Source: Eledone cirrhosa (Eukaryota). Taken from it: a stretch of 64,000 bases of DNA. Within the stretch, counting starts at the first letter, position 1, and each line of letters opens with the position of its first letter. Below the pieces are notes generated by a model that made no database searches, was not told where the DNA came from, and was given only the letters and a program-made list of their open reading frames with translations. This document shows positions 1 to 11,250 of the stretch, one piece after another. Position numbers and translations under genes: made by a program. Location: positions 27,032,001 through 27,096,000 of the forward strand of contig OZ024757.1 in assembly GCA_964016885.1 (NCBI GenBank), given 5' to 3'.

Positions 1-2390
1 ATATGGTTGGTTTGAATAGAAGGAAGTGAGAGAATTCTGGCCAGATATGGTTGGTTTGAATAGAAGGAAGTGAGAGAATTCTGGCCAGATATGGTTGGTT
101 TGAATAGAAGGAAGTGAGAGAATTCTGGCCAGATATGGTTGGTTTGAATAGAAGGAAGTGAGAGAATTCTGGCCAGATATGGCTGGTTTGAATAGAAGGA
201 AGTGAGAGAATTCTGGCCAGATATGGTTGGTTTGAATAGAAGGAAGTGAGAGAATTCTGGCCAGATATGGTTGGTTTGAATAGAAGGAAGTGAGAGAATT
301 CTGGCCAGATATGGCTGGTTTGAATAGAAGGAAGTGAGAGAATTCTGGCCAGATATGGTTGGTTGGAATAGAAGGAAGTGAGAGAATTCTGGCCAGATAT
401 GGTTGGTTTGAATAGAAGGAAGTGAGAGAATTCTGGCCAGATATGGTTGGTTTGAATAGAAGGAAGGGAGATAATTCTGGCCGGATATGGCTGGTTTGAT
501 TAGAAGGAAGTGAGGCAATTCTGGCCGGATATGGCTGGTTTGAATAGAAGGAAGTGAGAGAATTCTGGCCGGATATGGTTGGTTTGAATAGAAGGAAGTG
601 AGAGAATTCTGGCCGGATATGGCTGGTTTGAATAGAAGGAAGTGAGAGAATTCTGGCCAGATATGGCTGGTTTGAATAGAAGGAAGTGAGAGAATTCTGG
701 CCAGATATGGCTGGTTTGAATAGAAGGAAGTGAGAGAATTCTGGCCAGATATGGCTGGTTTGAATAGAAGGAAGTGAGAGAATTCTGGCCAGATATGGCT
801 GGTTTGAATAGAAGGAAGTGAGAGAATTCTGGCCAGATATGGCTGGTTTGAATAGAAGGAAGTGAGAGAATTCTGGCCGGATATGGCTGGTTTGAATAGA
901 AGGAAGTGAGAGAATTCTGGCCAGATATGGCTGGTTTGAATAGAAGGAAGTGAGAGAATTCTGGCCGGATATGGCTGGTTTGAATAGAAGGAAGTGAGAG
1001 AATTCTGGCCAGATATGGCTGGTTTGAATAGAAGGAAGTGAGAGAATTCTGGCCAGATATGGCTGGTTTGAATAGAAGGAAGTGAGAGAATTCTGGTCAG
1101 ATATGGCTGGTTTGAATAGAAGGAAGTGAGAGAATTCTGGCCAGATATGGCTGATTTGAATACAAGGAAGTGAGAGAATTCTGGCCAGATATGGCTGGTT
1201 TGAATAGAAGGAAGTGAGAGAATTCTGGCCGGATATGGTTGGTTTGAATAGAAGGAAGTGAGAGAATTCTGGCCAGATATGGCTGGTTTGAATAGAAGGA
1301 AGTGAGAGAATTCTGGCCGGATATGGTTGGTTTGAATAGAAGGAAGTGAGAGAATTCTGGCCAGATATGGCTGGTTTTGAATAGAAGGAAGTGAGAGAAT
1401 TCTGGCCGGATATGGCTGGTTTGAATAGAAGGAAGTGAGAGAATTCTGGCCAGATATGGCTGGTTTGAATAGAAGGAAGTGAGAGAATTCTGGCCGGATA
1501 TGGTTGGTTTGAATAGAAGGAAGTGAGAGAATTCTGGCCGGATATGGTTGGTTTGAATAGAAGGAAGTGAGAGAATTCTGGCCAGATGTGGCTGGTTTGA
1601 ATAGAAGGAAGTGAGAGAATTCTGGCCGGATATGGTTGGTTTGAATAGAAGGAAGTGAGAGAATTCTGGCCGGATATGCTTGGTTTGAATAGATGGAAGT
1701 GAGAGAATTCTGGCCGGATATGGTTGGTTTGAATAGAAGGAAGTGAGAGAATTCTGGCCAGATGTGGCTGGTTTGAATAGAAGGAAGTGAGAGAATTCTG
1801 GCCAGATGTGGCTGGTTTGAATAGAAGGAAGTGAGAGAATTCTGGCCGGATATGGCTGGTTTGAATAGAAGGAAGTGAGGCAATTCTCGCCAGATATGGC
1901 TGGTTTGAATAGAAGGAAGTGAGAGAATTCTGGCCAGATGTGGCTGGTTTGAATAGAAGGAAGTGAGAGAATTCAGGCCAGATATGGCTGGTTTGAATAG
2001 AAGGAAGTGAGGCAATTCTCGCCAGATATGGCTGGTTTGAATAGAAGGAAGTGAGAGAATTCTGGTCAGATATGGCTGATTTGAATAGAAGGAAGTGAGA
2101 GAATTCTGGCTGGATATGGTTGGTTTGAATAGAAGGAAGTGAGAGAATTCTGGCCGGATATGGTTGGTTTGAATAGAAGGAAGTGAGAGAATTCTGGCCA
2201 GATATGGCTGGTTTGAATAGAAGGAAGTGAGAGAATTCTGGCCGGATATGGTTGGTTTGAATAGAAGGAAGTGAGGCAATTCTCGCCAGATATGGCTGAT
2301 TTGAATAGAAGGAAGTGAGAGAATTCTGGTCAGATATGGCTGATTTGAATAGAAGGAAGTGAGAGAATTCTGGCTGGATATGGCTGGTTT
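1..2390. repeat. 44-bp tandem satellite (at least ~54 copies, truncated by the window start), internal to a piggyBac-like MITE
   Basis: Unit ATATGG(C/T)TGGTTTGAATAGAAGGAAGTGAGAGAATTCTGGCC(A/G)G. The array runs directly into the MITE terminus TAAATGCTAAAGGG-TTAA (2390-2407). Confidence 0.97.
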
Positions 2391-2519
2391 AAATGCTAAA
2401 GGGTTAATGAAACACAATATTTTCCTATTCTTTTTTTCTTTTGTTTCCTTTTCTTTTTTATTATTGTTGTTATTTATGATATAAATTTGATGAAACGTAA
2501 GAGTTTGAGGAAAAAAGAA

Positions 2520-2852
2520 ATAATGTTGAAGATGAAGATAGCAATGATGATGGTGATAATGGCAATTATGATGAAAATAACTACGGCGATGACAATGTTG
2601 AGGATGATAATAACAATTACAACGATGATGATGATGATGATAATGATGTTGATGATAATGATGTTGATGATAATGAAGGTGACAACAATGATGATGAAGA
2701 TGATGATGATGATGATGATGTTGACAACAATGTCGATGATGAAGAAGATGATGATGATGATGATGATGATGATATTGACAATAATGACAATTGGTGGAAA
2801 TGATGATGATGATGATGATGATAATGATGTTGACAACAATGACGATGGTGAA

Positions 2853-2886
<34 letters not shown>

Positions 2887-2895
2887 GTGATGATA
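2520..2895. repeat. Degenerate (GAT)n trinucleotide microsatellite
   Basis: Directly visible; explains the poly-M/I/D/H/S ORFs at 2474-3006. Confidence 0.95.
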
Positions 2896-3095
2896 ATTGT
2901 TTCTACTTTTGGCACAAGGCCAGCAATTACCGTAAGGACGAACGACAAAGTTAACCTCGGCGGAACTTGAACTCGGGTCGTAAAGGGCCGTAACTCTGTG
3001 CTGCAAAGCATGGCGTCCGACCGTCTACCGATACTGCCAATGACAACGATGAGGATGACTATGATAAAAACCAATTTTACTCTTCAATTCTTCAG

Positions 3096-3198
3096 GTTTT
3101 GGAAATCTCTTGAACCAGTGATCAGTAAATTAGACTCAGACTCTGCCGCAGTCCATATCTTGGTGCCAAAACTTACAGACAATCAACAAGGATGTATG
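3096..3198 (+). CDS. NSMF: NSMF (Jacob/NELF)-family protein, internal coding exon; upstream exons are outside the window
   Basis: Acceptor ttcaattcttcAG, donor ATG|GTAAGG. Encodes FWKSLEPVISKLDSDSAAVHILVPKLTDNQQGCM, resembling the recalled human NSMF segment FWKRLSRLMSKVNPEPNVIHIMG..GNPNGEK. Confidence 0.8.
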
Positions 3199-3239
3199 GT
3201 AAGGAATTCATTTCTTTATGTGTGTGTGTGTGCATGTAT

Positions 3240-3591
3240 ATCATCATCATTTTCATCATTTTACGTCTGCTTTTTCCCTGCTTGCAAGGGTGGGACGGGA
3301 ACTGATTCTGGGTTGATTTCTACAGCTGGATGCCCTTCCTAACACCAACCTCATTTACAGTGAGTGCTGGGTGCTTTTTTTGCCTTGGCACCTCCACGAC
3401 CACTTTGCAGTGGAATGATATGGACTGGGGTCCCTATCATCTCATTTCTACAGCTGAGTAAACTGAAGCCATGTGAAATAAAGTGTCTTGCTCAAGGAAA
3501 CAACACATTACCCGGTCTGAGAATTGAACTCACAATCCTTCGATTGCAAGGCCAATGCTCCAATGCTCTAACCACTAAGCCATGTGCCTCC
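3240..3591 (-). mobile_element. tRNA-derived SINE family A (tRNA head, CORE-like centre, RTE-type (GAT)n tail)
   Basis: Reverse complement of the 19499-19850 copy; A box TGGCTTAGTGG, B box GAGTTCAATTC. Confidence 0.9.
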
Positions 3592-3630
3592 ATATATATA
3601 TATATATATGGGGGTGTGTGTGTGTGTGTG

Positions 3631-3665
<35 letters not shown>

Positions 3666-3705
3666 GAAATTAAATAAATGGAAACTATATTTATAAAGCC
3701 ATATT

Positions 3706-3767
3706 TATTCTATTATATATATTTCAAGGGTACCAAACACTTTGGTACGCTTTCATCAGATAAAATA
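3706..3767 (-). ncRNA. Minimal type-I hammerhead ribozyme (mirror copy)
   Basis: Reverse complement of 3896-3957. Confidence 0.8.
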
Positions 3768-3895
3768 CAAAGAGTGTTTTATAAATTTTGACATAGCCAA
3801 GGAAAACATACCTTATCAGTTGAATTACCCAAGGAAAATTCAACTGATAAGGTATGTTTTCCTTGGCTATGTCAAAATTTATAAAACACTCTTTG

Positions 3896-3957
3896 TATTT
3901 TATCTGATGAAAGCGTACCAAAGTGTTTGGTACCCTTGAAATATATATAATAGAATA
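3896..3957 (+). ncRNA. Minimal type-I hammerhead ribozyme
   Basis: Stem I TATTTTAT/ATAGAATA; CTGATGA; stem II AAG-C-GTACCAAA/TTTGGTAC-C-CTT; GAAA; palindromic stem III TATATA; UA. Predicted cut after 3949. Confidence 0.82.
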
Positions 3958-4114
3958 AATATGGCTTTATAAATATAGTTTCCATTTATTTAATATCATT
4001 GAATATATACTCCAGAAATCTGTCGAGTGCTCTGAATCAGTTATAAACATTTATATTTGTTGAATTTCCAACAAATTAAATATCCCTTCTACTTATATAT
4101 ATATATATATATAT

Positions 4115-4645
4115 GTACTCAGTAACAGAGAAGACCCGCCTTACCTAAATACAAAGTAAAACCTACTACAGTCAGCAGGCATCTCTAACAAAATACACCC
4201 CGTCCCACCACCCCCACCCCATCCACACCGCCCCCTTCAATGCAAAGTTATGTTGGTGCCACAACATCCAGGCCGAAACAAATGAGATCGTGTAGGTGTC
4301 ACGACAAAAAACACACAGTCCACGCTGTAATGTGGCCGTGTAGGTAACACGGTAAAAACCTCCCAGTCCCACACTGTAAATGTGGTTGGTGTTAGGAAGG
4401 GCATCCAGCTGTAGAAAACACGCCAGACAGTCCACGCTGTAATGTGGCCGTGTAGGCAACACGGTAAAAACCTCCCAGCCCCTCACTGTAAATGTGGTTG
4501 GTGTTAGGAAGGGCATCCAGCTGTAGAAAACCCGCCAGACAGTCCTATGCGAGCAAGACAACCACTCTTGCCTCAAGTGGGAAAACCCCCGTCCAAACCC
4601 ATGCAAGCGTGGAACAGGGACGTTAAACGATGATGATGATGATGA
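4115..4645 (+). mobile_element. 3' end of an RTE-clade LINE (ORF end plus 3' UTR with duplicated module and (GAT)n tail)
   Basis: Matches the tails that follow the RTE ORF fragments at 45235-45958 and 46203-46890; ends GGACGTTAAACGATGATGAT. Confidence 0.8.
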
Positions 4646-4650
4646 TTATG

Positions 4651-4681
<31 letters not shown>

Positions 4682-4847
4682 ATATATATATGTATATATA
4701 TATATAATATATAGAGGTAGAACACTGCAAGGTATTATCCGTAGTGGTAGAGCACTCAGTCCATGGGACGAGTTAGGTAGAAGTAGTAACACAACAGTTA
4801 GTTCACCATACCGAGAACAATTGTTTCACCTTATGTGAATCTTCTCC

Positions 4848-4884
4848 GAGCTGAAGATCCGCATAAGGTGAAACAATTGTTCTC
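4848..4884 (+). ncRNA. Minimal hammerhead motif inside palindrome 4779-4919
   Basis: GAG-CTGAAGA-tCCgcataaGGt-GAAA-CAATTG-TT-CTC; stems I and II are short. Confidence 0.6.
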
Positions 4885-5072
4885 ATTATGGTGAACAAAC
4901 TGTTGTGTTACTACTTCTATATAATATATATATATATAAAATATATATATATGTGTGGGTGCATTTTTTACTTGATTTTATTTAACCCATGCTAGCGTGG
5001 AAGATGGACATTAAACGATGATGATGATGATGATATAACACTCCACTGTCCCTGTCTTTTTGTATTGTCTCC

Positions 5073-5660
5073 TATATGTAAACCCTAGTGGCGATGGATC
5101 CGGCTATCGGCTGAGCCCATTCTGAAGATTACCCCGCTGCCCTCCTTTAACCAGGAGGGGCAGGCAGTTTTTATCTGTCTGGTAGCCATGATAAAAGAGG
5201 TCATATGGTGGACGCATCTGAAAGGGTTGAAGACGGGCACTTCCTCTTTGGTGATGCCCTCATTAACTTTTTCAGCTTTCACCTGAAAAGGAAAACCAGG
5301 ATGATGGAGAGGGAAGTGCTACCTTCCAGCTAGTTTGTTGAAAGGAGGGTGAGAGAAGCAAGAATGGCCCGTGTGAATGGGCCTGCCCTGAACATGTACC
5401 TGTAGTATCGTAGGAGGAAAACTGGAAGAGGTCAGGGTAACCATGGCTTTTTTTGTGGGCTTTCCCCATGTGTAACCCTCGGAAGCCTCTCCACCCCTAT
5501 TGGGGAATTTTTCCTTTTTCTTTTTTTTTTATATATATAATTTTGTTTTTTGTTTTTTTACATGCAGAAATGCCCATTTGTACTGTACTGTACTGTCCTA
5601 AATGTTATACTTTATGTCAACGTTTGTGGTTAATAAAGAAAGCATTATTATTATTATTAT
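5073..5660 (+). mobile_element. 5'-truncated L1/Tx1-clade LINE
   Basis: Frameshifted ORF2-like C-terminus (..FICLVAMIKEVIWWT..FFSFHLKRK..EREVL..FVER..), 3' UTR with AATAAA, (TTA)n tail, candidate TSD TATTGTCTCC (5063-5072) / TATTATCTCC (5661-5670). Confidence 0.7.
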
Positions 5661-5672
5661 TATTATCTCCAG

Positions 5673-5748
5673 CTAGAACACAATCTGCAGCAGTTACTAG
5701 AACCATTTAAAATCCATGTTGAAGCAATCAGTTTTTCAAGTAGCCAAG
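5673..5748 (+). CDS. NSMF: NSMF-family protein, penultimate coding exon
   Basis: ctccAG|CTAGAA...CAAG|GTAAGA. Encodes LEHNLQQLLEPFKIHVEAISFSSSQ(G), resembling recalled human LFQNLRTLMTPYRVTFESPLELSAQG. Phases fit both neighbouring exons. Confidence 0.8.
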
Positions 5749-6335
5749 GTAAGAAACTATATATAGTGCACTTTGCTAGCTGGGAAAGTGGACATTAAAT
5801 TATAATGATGACAATGATGATGATGGTGGTGGTGATGGTGGTGATGGTGGTGATGTTGATGATATTGATGATGGTGATGATGATGATGGTGGTGATGATG
5901 GTGATGACAGTGATGGTGGTGATGATGAATTGTGTTGTAATAAACTAGTCAGTTTGTCACCTCGACAATCTAGGTTACTACTAACTGTAATAAACTGAAT
6001 GTGGATGTAGTATGGCTGAATGGTCAAGATGTTTACTTCACAATCATTACGTCCTGTGTTCGATCTCCTGTCTTCTAAGTACCCACTCTTCCTAAACTCC
6101 TATATTTTTATGTATATGGTCGTGCTGGTGACACAACAAAAAAGCACTCAGCACTCACTGTAAATGAGGTTGGTGTTAGGAAAAGCATCCAGCCGTAGAA
6201 ACCAAGCCAAAATCAGTCCTGTATGCTCAAGACATGGTCACCTGACCAAGCATTGCCCACAAGAGGATAACCCGTCTAACCCATGCTAGCATGGAAAAAT
6301 TGACGTAAAATAGTGATGATGTTGATGATGATATA

Positions 6336-6587
6336 AGTATAAAGAAAGTACTCAAGTGCAGAAATGCTATAAAGATAGCTTATAAAACTCTTAAAAGATG
6401 GAAAAAAAAAGTTACCATCAGCCGCTATGAGGAATTGCGTCTTATATCTAGCCGGTACATGGAAGATATTGGTTTCAATTCCTCATTGTGGCTGATGGTA
6501 ACTTCTTTTTCTGTCTTTTAAGGGTCTTCACCCTATTTTATAAGCTATCTTTATAGTATTTCTGCACTTGAGCACTTTCTTTATACT
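6336..6587. repeat. Imperfect long inverted repeat between two tail-to-tail SINE/RTE tails
   Basis: AGTATAAAGAAAGTACTCAAG...ACCATCAGCCGCTATGAGGAATTG pairs with CAATTCCTCATTGTGGCTGATGGT...CTTGAGCACTTTCTTTATACT. Confidence 0.85.
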
Positions 6588-6744
6588 ATCATCATCATTG
6601 TTTAACGTCCATTTTCCACACTAACACTGGTTAGATTGGTTGTCCCATTAGAGGCAAGTTAGGTCAGATGATTGTGTCTTGCTCATATAGAACTGTTTAT
6701 GGCTTGGTTTCTATGGTTGGATGTCCTTCCTAACACCAACCACA

Positions 6745-7628
6745 TTTACAGTGTGCTGGCTGCTTTTTGTCATGACTCCTACACGACCACTTTACAGTGA
6801 TACTGGGTGCTTTTTGTCATGATACCTACATGACCACTTTACAGTGAGTACTGGGTGCTTTTTGTCATGATACCTACTCGACCACTTTACAGTGAGTACT
6901 GGGTACTTTTTGTCATGATACCTACATGACCACTTTACAGTGAGTACTGGGTGCTTTCTATCATGATACCTACATGACCACTTTACAGTGAGTACTGGGT
7001 GCTTTCTGTCATGATACCTACATGACCACTTTACAGTGAGTACTGGGTGCTTTTTTGTCATGATACCTACATGACCACTTTACAGTGATACTGGGTGCTT
7101 TTTGTCATGACTCCTACATGACCACTTTACAGTGAGTACTGGGTGCTTTTTGTCATGATACCGACATGACCACTTTACAGTGATACTGGGTGCTTTTTGT
7201 CATGATACCTACATGACCACTTTACAGTGATACTGGGTGCTTTTTGTCATGATACCTACATGACCACTTTACAGTGAGTACTGGGTGCTTTTTGTCATGA
7301 TACCTACATGACCACTTTACAGTGAGTACTGGGTGCTTTTTGTCATGATACCTACATGACCACTTTACAGTGAGTACTGGGTGCTTTTTGTCATGATACC
7401 TACATGACCACTTTACAGTGAGTACTGGGTGCTTTTTGTCATGATACCTACATGACCACTTTACAGTGAGTACTGGGTGCTTTTTGTCATGATACCTACA
7501 TGACCACTTTACAGTGATACTGGGTGCTTTTTGTCATGATACCTACATGACCACTTTACAGTGAGTACTGGGTGCTTTTTGTCATGATACCTACATGACC
7601 ACTTTACAGTGAGTACTGGGTACTTTTT
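6745..7628. repeat. 48-bp tandem array (~18 copies) amplified from a SINE/RTE 3'-UTR module
   Basis: Unit TTTACAGTGAGTACTGGGTGCTTTTTGTCATGATACCTACATGACCAC, contiguous with the minus-strand tail at 6588-6745. Confidence 0.95.
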
Positions 7629-7792
7629 ATATACATATATTCTCAGAGCTTCAAAAGCTGAAAATTTGACTTCGTACATTGCCTATATTTTTAGTTTTGT
7701 TTCTGTTTCTCTTTTGTTTGTTCTCCTAGAATTTTATTTCCAAAATTAACTGTAAACATGTTACCCCACAATTTGTGTTGTGTCATTTCCAG

Positions 7793-7962
7793 GCCTGAAA
7801 ATCCTCAGTATGTACTTCAACATGAACAGGCTGTTATTATGGTTTGAACAACAACAACAATTTATAGAAGAAGATGATGAAGAAGAAGATATTTATGAAG
7901 AGAATCAATCCCTACAGTGTGTCTTGAATCCAGATAATGATTTAAAACCTCAGATTTTATAA
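7793..7962 (+). CDS. NSMF: NSMF-family protein, terminal coding exon
   Basis: tcatttccAG|GC CTG... Encodes (G)LKILSMYFNMNRLLLWFEQQQQFIEEDDEEEDIYEENQSLQCVLNPDNDLKPQIL*, resembling recalled human GKQMIETYFDFRLYRLWKSRQ. Confidence 0.8.
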
Positions 7963-8957
7963 ATCATTTACAACTGAAACTGACATTTTTGTATATATCA
8001 ACAAATACTATATTTCTTTCTTTCTTCTTTTTCTTTTTGTATTTCTTCTTCTTCTCTTTGCCTTTCATCCTTACAGGGTTAATAAAATAAAGTACCAGTA
8101 ATGCACTGAGGTCGATTTTATTAACTTTCCCCTCTCCTTCAAATTGCTGGCCTTTTGCCTGAAGTAGAAACATTATTATTATTATTTTTATTACCACTTC
8201 TACTATATCTCCCGTATGTGTGTGTTTTCTTCTTATTTTGATATTGTTTTTTTAACTTTTTTTCTCACCATTCTCTCTCCCACTCGCTGTCTTTTTTCCA
8301 TTCTCCTCCTCCATTTATCTCTACTCTCATTATTCTTGCTTTAACCCCTCATAACTCTCCCAAACTTCTTCCTCACACTTTTCCTTCTCCTCCCTCAGTC
8401 TTCTATGTGCCCACTCATCCTAAAAACCCCAATATTTTTTTTTAGTTTTGATTCTGTTTCCCTTGTATTTGTTTCCCCAGTATTTCATTTCTAATGTAAC
8501 CGTTTCAAATTTCACTATAAAAATGTTACCCACATCTCAACTGTTATCCCACTCCTGGCAGTAACTAACCCTGTTTCTCAGACGCACCACCCTGTAGACA
8601 AAATGGTGAAGGGCATTAACACAGAGACCAGCCAGTGATACCCACAGCATTAGACCCTCTATCTTACAGGGCTCCTTCTTCAGGTGGGATGCACTCCACC
8701 CAATTTTGCCAAGGAAAATAGCAGCTTGGTGACTGGTGATGCCAGAGGTCTCACCAGCAACCAGCATGAAAAGGGAACAGCCAGTCAAGTCTTGGTATTC
8801 AAAAATTTAACTCATTTCACAGCCCAGATTTCAGATCCATGGTTCCACATAAAAATTGTTAATTAGCCCCAAGTCAACCCTGATCAAGCAGAATTATGAT
8901 CAAGACATTCTAACCATAATTATTCTGTTTCTTTTAAGGATATCTAGACCTGCAACG

Positions 8958-9265
8958 AATTGGCAGAGTCATGAGAATGTCGGATAAAATGCTTTATGGT
9001 ATTTGTTCCAGCTCTCTACTCTTTGAGTTCAAATCCCACCAAGGTCAACTTTGCCTTTCATCCTTTCGAGGTCGATAAAAAAAAGTACCAGTCTAATAGT
9101 GGGGTAGATTCTCCCTCTATATCTCATTCCCTCTCTCTCACTTTCTATCTTTCTCTGGAAGAAATCTGCTGTACTCAAGCCTAGAGAGGGATGGGCTCTG
9201 CCTGTCTTAAAATGCCCAAGAAATCTGTTTGTGAGGTGCCCCTATGTCTCTATTAGGAGTTACTG
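8958..9265 (+). mobile_element. tRNA-derived SINE family B (Nin/Deu-like domain), long-tail variant
   Basis: B box GAGTTCAAATCC followed by TTTGCCTTTCATCCTTTCGAGGTCGATAAAA..GTACCAG; same tail at 20745-20942 and 32600-32802. Confidence 0.8.
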
Positions 9266-9632
9266 GCTAAAAGAAAAGAAAGGAAAAAAAACCTGCATTA
9301 TAAAATATGTCCGTTTGTTTTTCAAGACAGTAGAATGTAATTTGAGTGAGATTTGACTGCTACTTCAGATAAATCAAGAGGCTACATTCAAGCTATGTTT
9401 CCGACTCAATAAGATTTATATAGAATCAATAATAAACAAGATGAAATCAGAAAAAAAAGATTTTTTTTTATTAAACATACTGCATACATTTCAAATGGTG
9501 TAACAAGAGTTGTCTACCTTGAATAGAGCTCTCAGAAACCAGAAGACAATTTTTTTTTCTTTTATAAAAATCTCATTATATATATTTTATGTATTACTGT
9601 TGTGGTCTGAAGATCATATATAAGTATGTATG

Positions 9633-9665
<33 letters not shown>

Positions 9666-11199
9666 TTGTGTGTGGGTATATCTGTATTTGTATACATTTG
9701 AGAAAATAACTGAAATACAAAATAATTTCATGGAGAGAAATTAGTAGTAGTAGAATGGTTTCTAATGTTGGCACAAAGCCTGCAATTTGTGGGGGAAGGG
9801 GAATGTGTCTATTATATCAAACCCAGTATTTTACAGGTACTTTATTTTATTGATCCTGGAAGGATGAAAAGCAAAGTTGGCCTCGGAAGGATTTGAACTC
9901 AGAATCTAAAGGGCTTCCATAACTAAATGTTATAAAGCACTCCGTCCGATGCTCTAATGATTCCGTCAATCCACCGATGGTTCCTAACATTAACACAGTT
10001 CTACATATTTCGTAGGAAGGAGTATAATCTATTAAACCAATCTACCTGGATATAACCGGTACTGGAAGAGTAAAACACAAACATTAACCTCACCTGGACT
10101 CAAACTTAGAATGTAAAGGGACAGTATTAAATACTACAAGGTATTTTGTCTGTCATTTCTACCAAACAACCACTCTGTATACAGTGTCATTATAAAGTCT
10201 TTGTTAAAAATGTCAAAAGTTAAAGTCTGCTTATCAGGCCGATGTTTATATTGGTTTCCCCAGTGTTACATCACTAAGACTTTTCCCCTGGATAGGATGC
10301 CAGTCTATTCCAGACTTAACTCTCAGCTACTGCTGGTACACATTTTCAGCTGAGTGTGCTGAAGCAATGTGAAATGAAGTATTTTACTCAAGAATACAGT
10401 GAGCCACCCAGTCTAGGAATCAAACCCATGACATTATGATCATAAGTCCAACACCTTAACCACCTGGCCATGCATCTTCTCTACAATATTTATATAACTG
10501 TAACTTTAATTCTATTTATGAAAAAGGTAAGTGAAAAGTTTATTACATTTTTAATCCTTTTGATACTAACCCAGCCAGAATTGGCTCTGAGTCTAGGAAC
10601 CAAAACTTTTCATCTTATATGGTCCCTATTTAAATTAATACCTTCTTCTTCTTGAGTGGGTTGTGGGGGCAGAGCCCTCAAACACTCCCTCCAGCAGGTC
10701 CTGTCAGAAACTCCATGCTGCAAAGCATAGCATAGTGTCCGACCCTCTACTGATACTGCCATAATAATATCATTAATATATATTTGTAAATATTTATAAT
10801 AGTCTAAAAGGATATAACAAAGGAGCCACTGATTAAAAAAATAATACATTAAACCTAGGAAGATAAAAGCAGGATGGTTAAAAAATCTGTTTTTATTTCA
10901 TTCCTAGGAGTTGGTGTGATATCATGGACATAATTTTATTAAAAATGTAGGGTTAATACAATCTTAGAGATGCAAATCATACAATTTTTTTGTTTCGCTA
11001 TTTTATATCACAAAGGAAACAAAAGTGGTCATATAGTTCAGATTTTCAGACCTTAAGCTGCCTGGTTCTGGGTTCATATATGCTGCAAATATTTCACTGT
11101 TTCTGTTTCTGGGGTCAAACATGTAGTGGAGCTTTGGAGATATATGTATGTCAGCTAATGTGAATAGATACAAGAACTTCTAGAAGCATTCTATTATAT

Positions 11200-11250
<51 letters not shown>

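Larger units (their letters stand above)
3663..4000. mobile_element. Near-perfect palindrome (164-bp arms, 10-nt spacer), Penelope-pLTR/retrozyme-like inverted element
   Basis: Arms 3663-3826 and 3837-4000 are reverse complements, each with a hammerhead core; adjoins (TA)n. Related copy at 58975-59110. Confidence 0.8.

Noticed and set aside
1-2390. CRISPR-like regular repeats (also 6745-7628 and 43125-43745)
   Set aside because: Units are contiguous with no unique spacers, no cas genes are present, and the context is eukaryotic; these are TE-derived satellites.
2474-3006. ORFs of 121-155 aa with poly-I/M/D/H/S
   Set aside because: Translations of a (GAT)n microsatellite plus a SINE fragment.
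3724-3939. Twin 65-aa ORFs on both strands
   Set aside because: A consequence of the palindrome; no coding evidence.
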